Part shown: piece after piece, positions 40,327 to 49,188 of the stretch
Layout of the letters: each line of letters begins with the position of its first letter
Numbering within the stretch: the stretch's first letter is position 1
Virus record (IMG/VR): IMGVR_UViG_3300023257_000007
Coordinates: 186,001-250,000 of that record
Length of the DNA: 64,000 nucleotides
Strand: one strand, 5' to 3'
Translations under genes and position numbers: made by a program
Notes under the pieces: model-generated
Seen by the model: only the letters and a program-made list of their open reading frames with translations
The model's database searches: none
Told to the model about the DNA's origin: nothing

Positions 40327-41154
40327 ATGAAAATAAAAGAAATAATAAGAAAAATATATGATAAAACCGGACATGGATATACTGCTACGGCTATTAGTGT
40401 TTTAAAAAAATCTGGTTTGATGGGTGATAAAACACATCAAAAGATTAAGAACATTGTTGAGAATGAAATTCAAAGATATGAAAAAGAATATTTTGAAAAA
40501 TATAAGTCTTATATTAGTGAGTATAGATATGAATCACCAACTATGATTTTATCAATAATGTATATTGATGGTTTTAAAGGAAAATATACTGATTCTTATA
40601 AGAAGATTCAGAAAGAGATTCAAAGAATTGACACATCAGAATTAAAGTCATATAAATCTTTAATAAAGAAAGCTAAATCTACTGATCATTTGCTAAGTAA
40701 GATATCCCATTATAAAAGAGCATTATCATTTCGAGGGGATAAAAAAATTGAAGAGAAATTGAAAGATTTAGAGGAGGATTTTCACTCAGATCAGATTATA
40801 GAGGATGAGAAGCAATTTTCAGAGAATACTATTCAATTAAAAGATTCCTCTATAATCAAAATTTATCTTGATCCGAATAACAGAAATACTTTGATGATGG
40901 AACAAGAACAAGAAGGTAAAAAAGGTTTTAGGTTAGTTAATCATTTTGCAGCTATACCACCATTGAAAGAAACTACTGACATATTTTGGATTGGTGAAAG
41001 AACTTCAAAAGCAACTGGTTATAAACATAATTCAGAGGCTTTAATAATAATGAGAGATGAAAATGATACAATAAGAATATATTATAAAGGAAGTTTATTA
41101 ATAGAAAATTATTGTGAAGAAGAATTAAAAAAAATTATAAATAAAATTAAATAA
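40327..41154 (+). CDS. Hypothetical protein
   Basis: 275-aa ORF. Confidence 0.8.
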   Translation: MKIKEIIRKIYDKTGHGYTATAISVLKKSGLMGDKTHQKIKNIVENEIQRYEKEYFEKYKSYISEYRYESPTMILSIMYIDGFKGKYTDSYKKIQKEIQRIDTSELKSYKSLIKKAKSTDHLLSKISHYKRALSFRGDKKIEEKLKDLEEDFHSDQIIEDEKQFSENTIQLKDSSIIKIYLDPNNRNTLMMEQEQEGKKGFRLVNHFAAIPPLKETTDIFWIGERTSKATGYKHNSEALIIMRDENDTIRIYYKGSLLIENYCEEELKKIINKIK

Positions 41155-41162
41155 AACAAATT

Positions 41163-41369
41163 ATGTGGATAACAATTGGAATAATAATAGGATTAGTAAT
41201 AGGTGGTTGGTTAGGATATCAGGCTTGTATGGCAAAATATAGACCTACAGAATTACTTAAATTAGCAAAAATACAAACTGAAATGATTTCAGGTGAAATA
41301 ACACCGGAAAAGGCTTTAAAAGAGATACATCAAATTGAAATTGAACACCCTGAATTGAAAAAGAAATGA
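41163..41369 (+). CDS. Small membrane protein
   Basis: N-terminal TM helix with GxxxG. Confidence 0.7.
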   Translation: MWITIGIIIGLVIGGWLGYQACMAKYRPTELLKLAKIQTEMISGEITPEKALKEIHQIEIEHPELKKK

Positions 41370-41689
41370 AAAAGTATAAATTTATAACAGAAAGTGATTA
41401 TGGTGATTTGCAACTCATCATTTATTTTGAAGATAGAGATGAATCTATTAAAGTTCAAAATGAAATGATAGAACGTGGTTATTTAAAAATCACAGAGACA
41501 AATACACAAGATAAAGATTTATATCCATTTTCTGTTTGGTTTGAACCTAAAAATAAAATAATGAATGGTGGTCAAAAGAATTCTGAATATATGTTAAGGT
41601 ATGGTAGATCATTACATTCTGATATATTTATGGAGTATATAGATAATCTGGAAGCATTATTTGAGTCTTTAAAAATGGGTTTGTTATAA
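41366..41689 (+). CDS. KMGLL-tag family protein
   Basis: Ends FESLKMGLL. Confidence 0.8.
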   Translation: MKKYKFITESDYGDLQLIIYFEDRDESIKVQNEMIERGYLKITETNTQDKDLYPFSVWFEPKNKIMNGGQKNSEYMLRYGRSLHSDIFMEYIDNLEALFESLKMGLL

Positions 41690-41725
41690 TTTTTAACTTT
41701 TGAACAAAGTCCGTATATTTGTATT

Positions 41726-41809
41726 ATCATTAACGGTTACATGTGTCCAACGACACCTTGCAAGAGCGTAATAAGCGATGTCCAGTGTTCGATTCCCTGG
41801 TAGTGGTAC
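41726..41809 (+). tRNA. Degenerate tRNA-like element (pseudo-tRNA, possibly GCA anticodon)
   Basis: Own promoter; ATCATTA/TAGTGGT acceptor-like pairing; GTTCGATTC T-loop; poor D and anticodon stems. Confidence 0.35.
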
Positions 41810-41929
41810 AAAAATCACAAAGAAAACAAAACACAAGTATATTTTTTATTTAGGAAGGAAGTCCGTATATTTGTATAACAATAAAGAAAAATAATAATAT
41901 TAATTTAAAATCTATAGGAGGATATAAAA

Positions 41930-42166
41930 ATGGCAAGAGAAAAATTAGGTAAAGTAGTAGGACAAGTTGGTGGATTCAGAATCAGAATGGAAATGAAAAA
42001 TATCCAAAAAATTGAAACAGACAGATTTGGTAGAAGAAAAGTAACTGAATCTAAAAGATGTTTCACCGGAAAATACGGAGTTTACGCAGGTAGAAACCTT
42101 TGTAAAAATGGTCTAACCAAAGAAAAAGCAATTCAATACGCAAAATCGTATAACAAAGAAAATTAG
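41930..42166 (+). CDS. Small basic hypothetical protein
   Basis: Own promoter and AGGAGG SD. Confidence 0.8.
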   Translation: MAREKLGKVVGQVGGFRIRMEMKNIQKIETDRFGRRKVTESKRCFTGKYGVYAGRNLCKNGLTKEKAIQYAKSYNKEN

Positions 42167-42249
42167 AGCTCCCAGTTGGAGATTCGTTCCTCAAGGTTGA
42201 AAGGTCTTGAGGGACGTCTTAATTATAATAATAATTATTAAAAATATAT

Positions 42250-42322
42250 GTATCATTAGCTCAGTTGGTAGAGCTTCTGCCTTTTAAGCAGAAAGTCCAG
42301 GGTTCGAGTCCCCGATGGTATA
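42250..42322 (+). tRNA. tRNA-Lys(UUU)
   Basis: TAGCTCAGTTGGTAGAGC D arm; TCTGC-CTTTTAA-GCAGA; GGTTCGAGTCC. Confidence 0.9.
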
Positions 42323-42357
42323 CACAATGTAACCTCCTTTCACATTGAATTAGTACT

Positions 42358-42387
42358 TCCCCACCCGAACAGGTGGGGATTTTTTTT
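42358..42387 (+). terminator. Intrinsic terminator
   Basis: TCCCCACC/GGTGGGGA stem plus T tract. Confidence 0.85.
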
Positions 42388-42443
42388 ATTAGAAGGATTG
42401 TTGTATCTTTGTATTAGTATAAATTTTAAAAAAGGAGAAAAAA

Positions 42444-42599
42444 ATGAATGAATTAACAAAATTTATTGAATATTTAGAAAAAACTGATATTGAGGATTTT
42501 AAACATCCTGAACAGATTAAAGAATATATTATTGGTATATGTAAATCAATTAAAAAAGATATTATTGATTTTCATCCAATGATGGAGGATACGGAATAG
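42444..42599 (+). CDS. 51-aa microprotein (below the track cutoff)
   Basis: Promoter, AAGGAG, MNELTK...; leader duplicated at 42624-42678. Confidence 0.6.
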   Translation: MNELTKFIEYLEKTDIEDFKHPEQIKEYIIGICKSIKKDIIDFHPMMEDTE

Positions 42600-42665
42600 G
42601 GTTTTTTAAATCAGAACAAATTCCGTATCTTTGTATTAATATAAATTTTAAAAAAGGAGAAAAAA

Positions 42666-42767
42666 ATGAATGAATTAAACAAAATAGCAATAAATTTTAT
42701 AAATATTATAAACACAATTAGTATAGACGCATTTACATTATATATGTATATTGGGTTTTTCATATAG
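42666..42767 (+). CDS. 33-aa hydrophobic microprotein
   Basis: Same promoter/RBS/MNEL leader as 42444. Confidence 0.45.
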   Translation: MNELNKIAINFINIINTISIDAFTLYMYIGFFI

Positions 42768-42778
42768 GAGAAATTAAA

Positions 42779-43012
42779 ATGATAGTAAGTATAAGAATAA
42801 ATAACTGGGAAGATTATTTCAAAATTAAGAAATATCTAATATCACTCAATTTTAAGTGGTTTAGGACAACCTATAGCCCAAAATTTGATTTAATTATACA
42901 CTTATCAAGTGGTAAATTATCATATGATCCAAGAATGAATAAAAATGATAATTATGAATATGCTACTGTAAAAGAAATTATAAGTAAAGGATTCGGATCT
43001 TTTATTTTTTAG
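42779..43012 (+). CDS. Small protein with the family N-terminal fold but no tag
   Basis: IRINNWEDY..I..YLISLNFKW; ends GFGSFIF. Confidence 0.7.
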   Translation: MIVSIRINNWEDYFKIKKYLISLNFKWFRTTYSPKFDLIIHLSSGKLSYDPRMNKNDNYEYATVKEIISKGFGSFIF

Positions 43013-43035
43013 AAGATAATCCGTATATTTGTATT

Positions 43036-43611
43036 GACACAAGCAGAAACAGGATTGGTCGAATTGCCTGTGTTCTTCGGAACAAACTCGTTACCTATGC
43101 TTTTTTCCTAGAGGTTGGGCGAATTAATAACAATAAACTAGGCGCCGGACAATGCGATATTGTATGATTTTTAAGTAGTGAAATAAGAACTAACTTGGCT
43201 CTCTAACCAGATAGAGTGACTTTCGTAAGATGTTTGAAAGAAAACTATCTAGACTTTTATGTTTCAAGATAACCGGTAATGGAATTAAAAAGTTGCTAAC
43301 ACACAACGCGACAAGGCTTTGTCGCGTGAGATAGATATTCAAGGTAGGAGGTATTAGATACACCGTCTGGACTACAAGTTTGGAAATCAACAAAGTGGTG
43401 GGATGCGAGTGGTTGACCAGTGTTAGAATTAAAGAAGCAGGTTCGAATCCTGTGAATATGGATATAGAAAACAAAGGAGGGTTAATATTCGAGATAGAAT
43501 GGCTCTAGCTTCGGCAGAGTATCGCCTCAGAAATTAAATGAACGGCTATGCTAAATAGCTTCAGTACTTTAATCGAGAAGCCCAATAGGAAATTACTATT
43601 GGGCTTTTTTT
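43036..43611 (+). ncRNA. Large (~575 nt) structured non-coding RNA candidate
   Basis: Starts just after a TATATTTG promoter, ends at a strong terminator; GC-richer than flanks; C(UUCG)G hairpins, 9-bp ACGCGACAA/TTGTCGCGT stem, tRNA-like GCAGGTTCGAATCCTGT arm; no long plus-strand ORF. Confidence 0.7.
43578..43611 (+). terminator. Intrinsic terminator
   Basis: AAGCCCAATAG/CTATTGGGCTT 11-bp stem plus T tract. Confidence 0.9.
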
Positions 43612-43642
43612 ATTTGAATAATCTCCGTATATTTGTACTATC

Positions 43643-43696
43643 AAAAGGCGGAGTTTTAAAAGAACCCCGAAGAGTAGACTCCAATTTGCGTTATAT
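43643..43696 (+). ncRNA. Five-copy small RNA candidate, copy B
   Basis: AAAAGGCGGAG...GAAGAGTAGACTCCAATTTGCGTTATAT after a TATATTTG promoter. Confidence 0.6.
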
Positions 43697-43882
43697 ATTA
43701 TATAACATTTTTTAATTCAGAATATTATTAGTATCTTTGTATTATAAATATAAAATTAGAAATTATAATTACATATTTTTTCTCTTTGAAAAAATTGGGA
43801 GGAATTTTTAATTTAAGAAAAATTTCCGTATATTTGTAGTATTAAAATGTTTAGTATAAATTAAATAAAAAACTGAAAAAAT

Positions 43883-44527
43883 ATGGCAAAAGAAAAAAAG
43901 ATTGAAGAAAAAATAGTGGAAAAATTATTAACATCTAAGAAGAAATTAGAAACAGGCAAATGGCTTTATAGAGGATTTGTAGTTGAAAAAAATGGATCAA
44001 AATGGGTGGCTAAAGTTCACGAAGGTTCTAATATTGTTGAAGAAAAATCTGATTCTGTTGTTGATGAATTGATGACATCAGCTAAAAATATTTGTATTAG
44101 TATTGATAAGGTTTTAGGTGATTTAACAGATTCAGAAAAAACTAAACCGAAAAGAGCAATAAAATCAAAAGCATCAAGACTTAAAGATAAAGATGAAAAA
44201 GCTAAATATATTGAAAGAGCGCAAAGAGTAGCTTATGACATTAGAAATGGTTTACAAGTATTATCATTTCTTAATAAGAAAAAATTAAAAGATAATCTTT
44301 TAAGTGATGCTCCGAATATGAGAAAAACATTATCTAATGGTTATAGATTAGGATGGGAAAATGGTTGTTTATATAATGTACCAGAAATAACTGATGAAAT
44401 TAAAGCAATCATAGAAAAGGACAAAGAGTTTATTGAAGAATTAAAAGTGAAACATGAAGATTTAAACATATCATTTGGTATGGAAGATAATAAAATTGAT
44501 ATAGAAGTAACTTATAAAGAAAAATAA
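43883..44527 (+). CDS. Hypothetical protein
   Basis: 214 aa, own promoter and terminator. Confidence 0.8.
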   Translation: MAKEKKIEEKIVEKLLTSKKKLETGKWLYRGFVVEKNGSKWVAKVHEGSNIVEEKSDSVVDELMTSAKNICISIDKVLGDLTDSEKTKPKRAIKSKASRLKDKDEKAKYIERAQRVAYDIRNGLQVLSFLNKKKLKDNLLSDAPNMRKTLSNGYRLGWENGCLYNVPEITDEIKAIIEKDKEFIEELKVKHEDLNISFGMEDNKIDIEVTYKEK

Positions 44528-44545
44528 TCTCAATCTTTTTAATAT

Positions 44546-44575
44546 AAACCCCAGTTAATCGACTGGGGTTTTTTT
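44546..44575 (+). terminator. Intrinsic terminator
   Basis: AAACCCCAGT/ACTGGGGTTT plus T tract. Confidence 0.9.
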
Positions 44576-44634
44576 ATTTTAAATACTTTCCGTATATTTG
44601 TATAACGAAATTAATAATTAAAAAGGAGGAAAAA

Positions 44635-44997
44635 ATGACAACATTATTATTTATAAAAATATTAATAATTATAATGATTTTAGTAATGGGATTTATATCA
44701 GTTAGAATATGGGTTAAGCAAGTTAAATTGTTTAATAAGAGAAATAAAATGATTGCTGATAAAAAATTAAAAACTGAAAACTATATCAAAGAAAGAACTG
44801 AATTCTTTAAGAAAAATATTGATGAGTTTGAAATAGATGAAGTCGTTAAAGAAAAAGCATTTAACTTTGAAGCAATTATATTAGATAAAACAGCAAACAG
44901 TCTTTTTGTTCACACAAAGAAAAGAAAACCAGAAGGAACTGATTGTACAGGATGGTTTTCTATTGATGATTTCAACAGAAGATTTAAAAAACAATAA
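44635..44997 (+). CDS. Membrane-anchored hypothetical protein
   Basis: N-terminal TM; AGGAGG SD. Confidence 0.8.
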   Translation: MTTLLFIKILIIIMILVMGFISVRIWVKQVKLFNKRNKMIADKKLKTENYIKERTEFFKKNIDEFEIDEVVKEKAFNFEAIILDKTANSLFVHTKKRKPEGTDCTGWFSIDDFNRRFKKQ

Positions 44998-45080
44998 TAA
45001 TAATTAAAATTAAAACTAGAAACTATGAAAAATTATGAAATTGAAGATGATAGAGTAATGTTCTAAAAACATTGAAACAT

Positions 45081-45152
45081 GGTCCGTTCGTCTATTGCGA
45101 AGGACGTTGGGTTTTCAGCCCAGAAAGAGGGGTTCGATTCCCCTACGGACTA
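45081..45152 (+). tRNA. tRNA-Glu(UUC)
   Basis: GGTCCGT/ACGGACT acceptor; TTGGG-TTTTCAG-CCCAG; GGTTCGATTCC. Confidence 0.9.
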
Positions 45153-45159
45153 CTAAATT

Positions 45160-45243
45160 GGGTAGGTATGCAAGAGGCTAAAGCAGGCGGTCTGTAAAAC
45201 CGTTACGTAAGATCTACCGGTGGTTCAAATCCATCTCTACCCA
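45160..45243 (+). tRNA. tRNA-Tyr(GUA)
   Basis: GGGTAGG/TCTACCC; GCGGT-CTGTAAA-ACCGT; long variable arm. Confidence 0.9.
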
Positions 45244-45250
45244 CACATAT

Positions 45251-45326
45251 CTAGATGTTCCTCCAGCCAGGCATAGGGGCGTGACTTGGACTCACGTGTT
45301 CACAGGTTCGAATCCTGTCATTTAGA
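45251..45326 (+). tRNA. tRNA-Pro(UGG)
   Basis: C1-G72 and A73; CGTGA-CTTGGAC-TCACG; ACAGG-TTCGAAT-CCTGT; atypical D arm and A37. Confidence 0.8.
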
Positions 45327-45335
45327 CTAAAATAT

Positions 45336-45409
45336 TGTGATGTAGCTCAGCTAGGTAGAGCACCAGATTGAAGATCTGGGTGTCGGTGGTTCAAATCCAT
45401 CTATCACAA
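45336..45409 (+). tRNA. tRNA-Phe(GAA)
   Basis: CCAGA-TTGAAGA-TCTGG; standard D and T arms. Confidence 0.9.
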
Positions 45410-45415
45410 CAAAAT

Positions 45416-45490
45416 GCCTTTATGATGTAAAGGATAGCATAAAAGTTTTCTAAACTTTTCGTCTAGGTTCGAATCCTAGTAAGGGTACCA
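45416..45490 (+). tRNA. tRNA-Arg(UCU), CCA encoded
   Basis: AAAGT-TTTCTAA-ACTTT; CTAGG-TTCGAAT-CCTAG; ends ACCA. Confidence 0.9.
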
Positions 45491-45599
45491 ATATCAAAAT
45501 AAATTACAAATTATTGAATACTATTTTTAGTTTAAGAAAAATATTCGTATATTTGTATTATAATTAAATTAAAAATTAAACTAATAGGAGGAAAATAAA

Positions 45600-45752
45600 A
45601 TGGCAATTAAAAGATGTACTTGTAAAAATGAATTTCAAGATGAGAAATATGGTAAAGGAAAAAGAGTATTTACTCAATCTAGCGTACCTAAAGAAGGTGG
45701 AACCGCAAAAGAAGGTAAATCAAGATGTACTGTATGTGGATCAACAAAATAA
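45600..45752 (+). CDS. 50-aa zinc-ribbon microprotein (below the track cutoff)
   Basis: MAIKRCTCKNEFQD..YGKGKRV...RCTVCGSTK; own promoter and AGGAGG SD. Confidence 0.75.
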   Translation: MAIKRCTCKNEFQDEKYGKGKRVFTQSSVPKEGGTAKEGKSRCTVCGSTK

Positions 45753-45844
45753 TACGAATTATTTTTTATTTAAGTATAAAGTTCGTATGTATAACAATTA
45801 AACAATTAAATTATTTATTAATAACACTAAAACAAAAAATTAAA

Positions 45845-46159
45845 ATGGCAAACAAAAAAGACTTAACAAACGCAATCGCTTTAGCAACAGGTAAAACTAA
45901 AAAATCAAGTAAAGACCTAGTTGATGTTATCATGGCATCTATTAAAGCTGAATTATCAAATGGTGAAGGTTCAATCGTGAAATTAGTTAATTTCGGAACA
46001 TTCAAAGTAGTAAACAGAAAAGCAAGAAAAGGTAGAAACCCTAGAACTGGTGAATCAATCAACATACCTTCAAAAAATGTTGTTAGATTTAAAGCTGGTA
46101 AAGCATTGAAAGAAGCAGTTGATTATACTGCCGAAGAAAGAGAAGAATTAGGACTATAA
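45845..46159 (+). CDS. hup: HU family DNA-binding protein, copy 2
   Basis: Near-identical to 37855; true start MANKK at 45845; tail EEREELGL. Confidence 0.95.
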   Translation: MANKKDLTNAIALATGKTKKSSKDLVDVIMASIKAELSNGEGSIVKLVNFGTFKVVNRKARKGRNPRTGESINIPSKNVVRFKAGKALKEAVDYTAEEREELGL

Positions 46160-46176
46160 TCTACTCAAACATAAAG

Positions 46177-46208
46177 AAAACCCTGACTTTGACGGTCAGG
46201 GTTTTTTT
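46177..46208 (+). terminator. Intrinsic terminator
   Basis: AAAACCCTGAC/GTCAGGGTTTT. Confidence 0.9.
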
Positions 46209-46251
46209 ATGTAGAATAATTTTCGTATCTTTGTATTAAGTAAAATTAATT

Positions 46252-46626
46252 ATGAACCTATTTAAAATAAAAATTATGGGAAAAAAAGAAAAAAAACAAA
46301 TAGGCTTTAAACAAAATTATCAAATTGAAGCTGACAAATTAAAAGAAGAACCAAAAGAAGAAGAAAATATAAATAAAGAAGAAGAAAAAGGTCAAGCTGC
46401 ACTTGAAGCAATGGCTAAACTTACCGGACAATTTCAAATGTCTACAAATGAAATATTAATATCAACAAAATTAAAAATGTATGTAGATTTAATTAAATCA
46501 GAAGAATTCATAATAAAAACATTAGAAGAAAAAGAAGCATTTATAGGTGAATTGTTATTTTTACAATCATTAAGCACAGAAATGACCACATTAAAATCAC
46601 AAATGCAATCAGTTATAAACAAATAA
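46252..46626 (+). CDS. Hypothetical protein
   Basis: 124 aa (start may be 46276), own promoter. Confidence 0.75.
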   Translation: MNLFKIKIMGKKEKKQIGFKQNYQIEADKLKEEPKEEENINKEEEKGQAALEAMAKLTGQFQMSTNEILISTKLKMYVDLIKSEEFIIKTLEEKEAFIGELLFLQSLSTEMTTLKSQMQSVINK

Positions 46627-46639
46627 AAAAGGGAAAATT

Positions 46640-46849
46640 ATGTTATCAAAAGAAGAATTTAAATCGCTAGAAGAAACAAAATTACTTGCGTCTAATGTTA
46701 AAAAAATGTTAAATGATGATTGCGAATTATTTATCAAATACACAAACGAACCAACAGGTAAAATTAAACAATTATTGAAAAGAACTAAAGATCCTTATTT
46801 AGAGTTTATTTTAAATAATGTTTTACAAACAAGATATGGAAAGAAGTAA
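46640..46849 (+). CDS. Hypothetical protein
   Basis: 69-aa ORF. Confidence 0.7.
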   Translation: MLSKEEFKSLEETKLLASNVKKMLNDDCELFIKYTNEPTGKIKQLLKRTKDPYLEFILNNVLQTRYGKK

Positions 46850-46917
46850 TTTTTTTTATCTTTTGAAGAATATCCGTATATTTGTATATTGTTAAACTAA
46901 AAAAGGAGGAAATTAAT

Positions 46918-47184
46918 ATGGCACGTAAAATAAATTGGAATAAAAATAAAGCTAAATCAGAAATTAAAAAAAATGTAGAAATTGTATCTGAAAAGAAAAC
47001 TATTAAATTTGCTTATAAAATTGGATTAATCAAACGAAAAGGTGGTATAACATCTTATAACGCAATTGATAAAGACGCAATGGAAACCAAAGTATTGGAA
47101 ATAATGGAAAAAGATAATTATAAGAAAATCCTAGTTTTAAACAATAAAACCAGAGAACGTAAAGTATATTTATCAGAATTATAA
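46918..47184 (+). CDS. Basic hypothetical protein
   Basis: Start MARKINW at 46918 after AGGAGG. Confidence 0.75.
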   Translation: MARKINWNKNKAKSEIKKNVEIVSEKKTIKFAYKIGLIKRKGGITSYNAIDKDAMETKVLEIMEKDNYKKILVLNNKTRERKVYLSEL

Positions 47185-47282
47185 TTATAATATAATTTTT
47201 TACCTGGAATATTATCCGTATATTTATATCAACAAACAACAATTAAATTATTTATTAACTAACATTAAAACAAAAAATTAAA

Positions 47283-47495
47283 ATGCCAAACATCAAAAAA
47301 TGTAAAATAGGAGAATTTGTACAAATCATCACTAATGGACAAGCGAACCGTAGAGGTCGTATAGTATCTAAAACAGAGAAACGAGTTTATTGTTTCATCA
47401 TGGAAGGTGGAAAATATTTACGTGACGAGAATGGTCGTGAAAAACGTTTTTTAGTTAACCCTACAAACATTAAGTTTTACAACTCAGCAGAGTAA
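47283..47495 (+). CDS. Small KOW/SH3-like basic protein
   Basis: KIGEFVQII..G....RGRIV; followed by terminator. Confidence 0.7.
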   Translation: MPNIKKCKIGEFVQIITNGQANRRGRIVSKTEKRVYCFIMEGGKYLRDENGREKRFLVNPTNIKFYNSAE

Positions 47496-47505
47496 AAGAA
47501 AAAAG

Positions 47506-47533
47506 AGAACCTCCATTTAATTGGAGGTTCTTT
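47506..47533 (+). terminator. Intrinsic terminator / hairpin
   Basis: GAACCTCCA/TGGAGGTTC stem. Confidence 0.7.
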
Positions 47534-47537
47534 ACAT

Positions 47538-47608
47538 TGACCCATGGTATAATGGTAGTATACCTGCCTTTGAAGTAGGTGGTTTTGGTTCGAATCCTGA
47601 TAGGTCAA
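47538..47608 (+). tRNA. tRNA-Gln(UUG)
   Basis: CCTGC-CTTTGAA-GTAGG; U1-A72; weak T stem. Confidence 0.8.
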
Positions 47609-47997
47609 CAATTATTAACTTTAAAAAATTTAAAATATGGATATTTGTATAATAATAATATCACTTTTATTTATATTATGTAACGTTTTTGTTTTAGGAT
47701 ATTATTTTGAAAGAAATAAATCTAAAAAGGTGTCTTATTACAAATGTTTTATTGAGTGTTTAGAATTGTTTAAATATTTTTAACCCGAAAAACCATAGTT
47801 CGTTTTTTATACACCTAATTAATAACATGAAACAAAATGTGGGTACAAACCTTATATAATAAAAGATATGGGTGGTTATGATAAAGACTTTGTTGAAAAA
47901 GAATTTGAAAACTTTAAAAATATTTTTTAATTAAGAAACAAAATCGTATATTTGTTCTATAATAGAAAATGAAAGATATAAGAATCCAAAAATATAT

Positions 47998-48069
47998 TGC
48001 GAGGTGGAGCAGGGGTAGCTCGCTAGGCTCATAACCTAGAGGCCGTCGGTTCAAATCCGACTCTCGCTA
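47998..48069 (+). tRNA. tRNA-Met(CAU), initiator-like
   Basis: GTGGAGCAG..GGTAGCTCG..GGCTCATAACC; 1-72 mismatch; only two consecutive G-C pairs at the bottom of the anticodon stem. Confidence 0.85.
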
Positions 48070-48128
48070 CTAAGTAGGTCTATATGGCTTACCGAATATG
48101 TCTCTTAACACTACGGTGTTCAAAAGGA

Positions 48129-48151
48129 AAAGCCCGATAAGGGCTTTTTTT
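48129..48151 (+). terminator. Intrinsic terminator
   Basis: AAAGCCC-GATAA-GGGCTTT plus T tract. Confidence 0.85.
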
Positions 48152-48204
48152 ATTGGAATATATTCCGTATATTTGTATAGTTAAAATAAAAAGTAAAAAG
48201 TATT

Positions 48205-49188
48205 ATGGAAAGAAAATTAGCAACAATAGCAAAAATTAATGACATCAACCCTATTAAAGGAGCTGATGTAATTGAAGTAGCTACTATTCGAGGATGGAAA
48301 GTTGTAGTTAAAAAAGATGAATTCAAAATTGGAGATCTTTGTGTGTATTGTGAAATAGACTCAGTTATGCCTCCAAAAGAAGAATTTAAATTCCTAGAAA
48401 ATAAAAAATATAGGATTAAAACTATTAAACTCAGAGGACAAGTATCTCAAGGTATAGCATTTCCATTGTCTATTTTACCATTAGGTTGGCACTCAATTAT
48501 AGATCAAGATGTAACAGAACTTCTTGAAGTAATTAAATGGGAACCAGTAATACCAGCTTGTTTAGCAGGTAAAATAAAAGGTCTTTTTCCTTCTCATTCT
48601 CTAAAAACAGATGAAGAAAGAATACAAAATCTTATTGAAGAATTTCCTAATTTAAAAACTAAAACATATATAGCAACAGAAAAACTTGATGGTTCTTCTG
48701 CAACATTTTATCTTAAAGATAATATATTTGGTGTATGTTCTAGAAACTTAGATATATTAGAAGATGATACTAATTCATTTTGGAAAGTAGCAAGAGAATT
48801 GAAAATCGAAGAATTAATGAGAGAAAATGGTCTTGATAATTATAACCTCCAAGGAGAACTTATTGGAGAAGGTATACAAAAAAACAAATATAAAATCAAA
48901 GGACAAACAGTAAGATTCTTTAGAATGTTTAATATTAAAACACATTCATTTATAAATTATAGTGACTTTATTTTATTAATTAAAGCAATGGAATTACAAA
49001 CTGTTCCTATTGTAGAAGTTAATTTAGAACTACCTGAAACAATAGATGAACTTCTTAAATATGCTGAAGGATTATCAAAACTTAATAAAAATATACAAAG
49101 AGAAGGTATTGTCTTTGTAGCTGAAGAAACAGAAGATAGAGAATCATTTAAAGTAATATCAAATAAATTTTTATTGAAAAATGAATAA
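48205..49188 (+). CDS. RNA ligase, Rnl2/DRB0094 family with N-terminal OB domain
   Basis: ERKLATI..I..I.PI.GAD.IE, EKLDGSS motif I, QGELIG.GIQ.N.Y, REGIVF, SFKVISN.FLLK. Confidence 0.93.
   Translation: MERKLATIAKINDINPIKGADVIEVATIRGWKVVVKKDEFKIGDLCVYCEIDSVMPPKEEFKFLENKKYRIKTIKLRGQVSQGIAFPLSILPLGWHSIIDQDVTELLEVIKWEPVIPACLAGKIKGLFPSHSLKTDEERIQNLIEEFPNLKTKTYIATEKLDGSSATFYLKDNIFGVCSRNLDILEDDTNSFWKVARELKIEELMRENGLDNYNLQGELIGEGIQKNKYKIKGQTVRFFRMFNIKTHSFINYSDFILLIKAMELQTVPIVEVNLELPETIDELLKYAEGLSKLNKNIQREGIVFVAEETEDRESFKVISNKFLLKNE

Noticed and set aside
43036-43611. tmRNA, RNase P RNA or group I/II intron
   Set aside because: No GGGG 5' end or T-arm-CCA 3' end, no GAGGAAAGTC P4 motif, no group II domain V, and no interrupted host gene. 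Left as an unidentified ncRNA.
45725-45844. Extended HU start and other upstream track starts (8716, 12010, 31381, 36893, 46882, 51009, 52285)
   Set aside because: The extensions overlap promoters, other genes or tRNA-Leu; paralog alignment and RBS position support the downstream ATGs.
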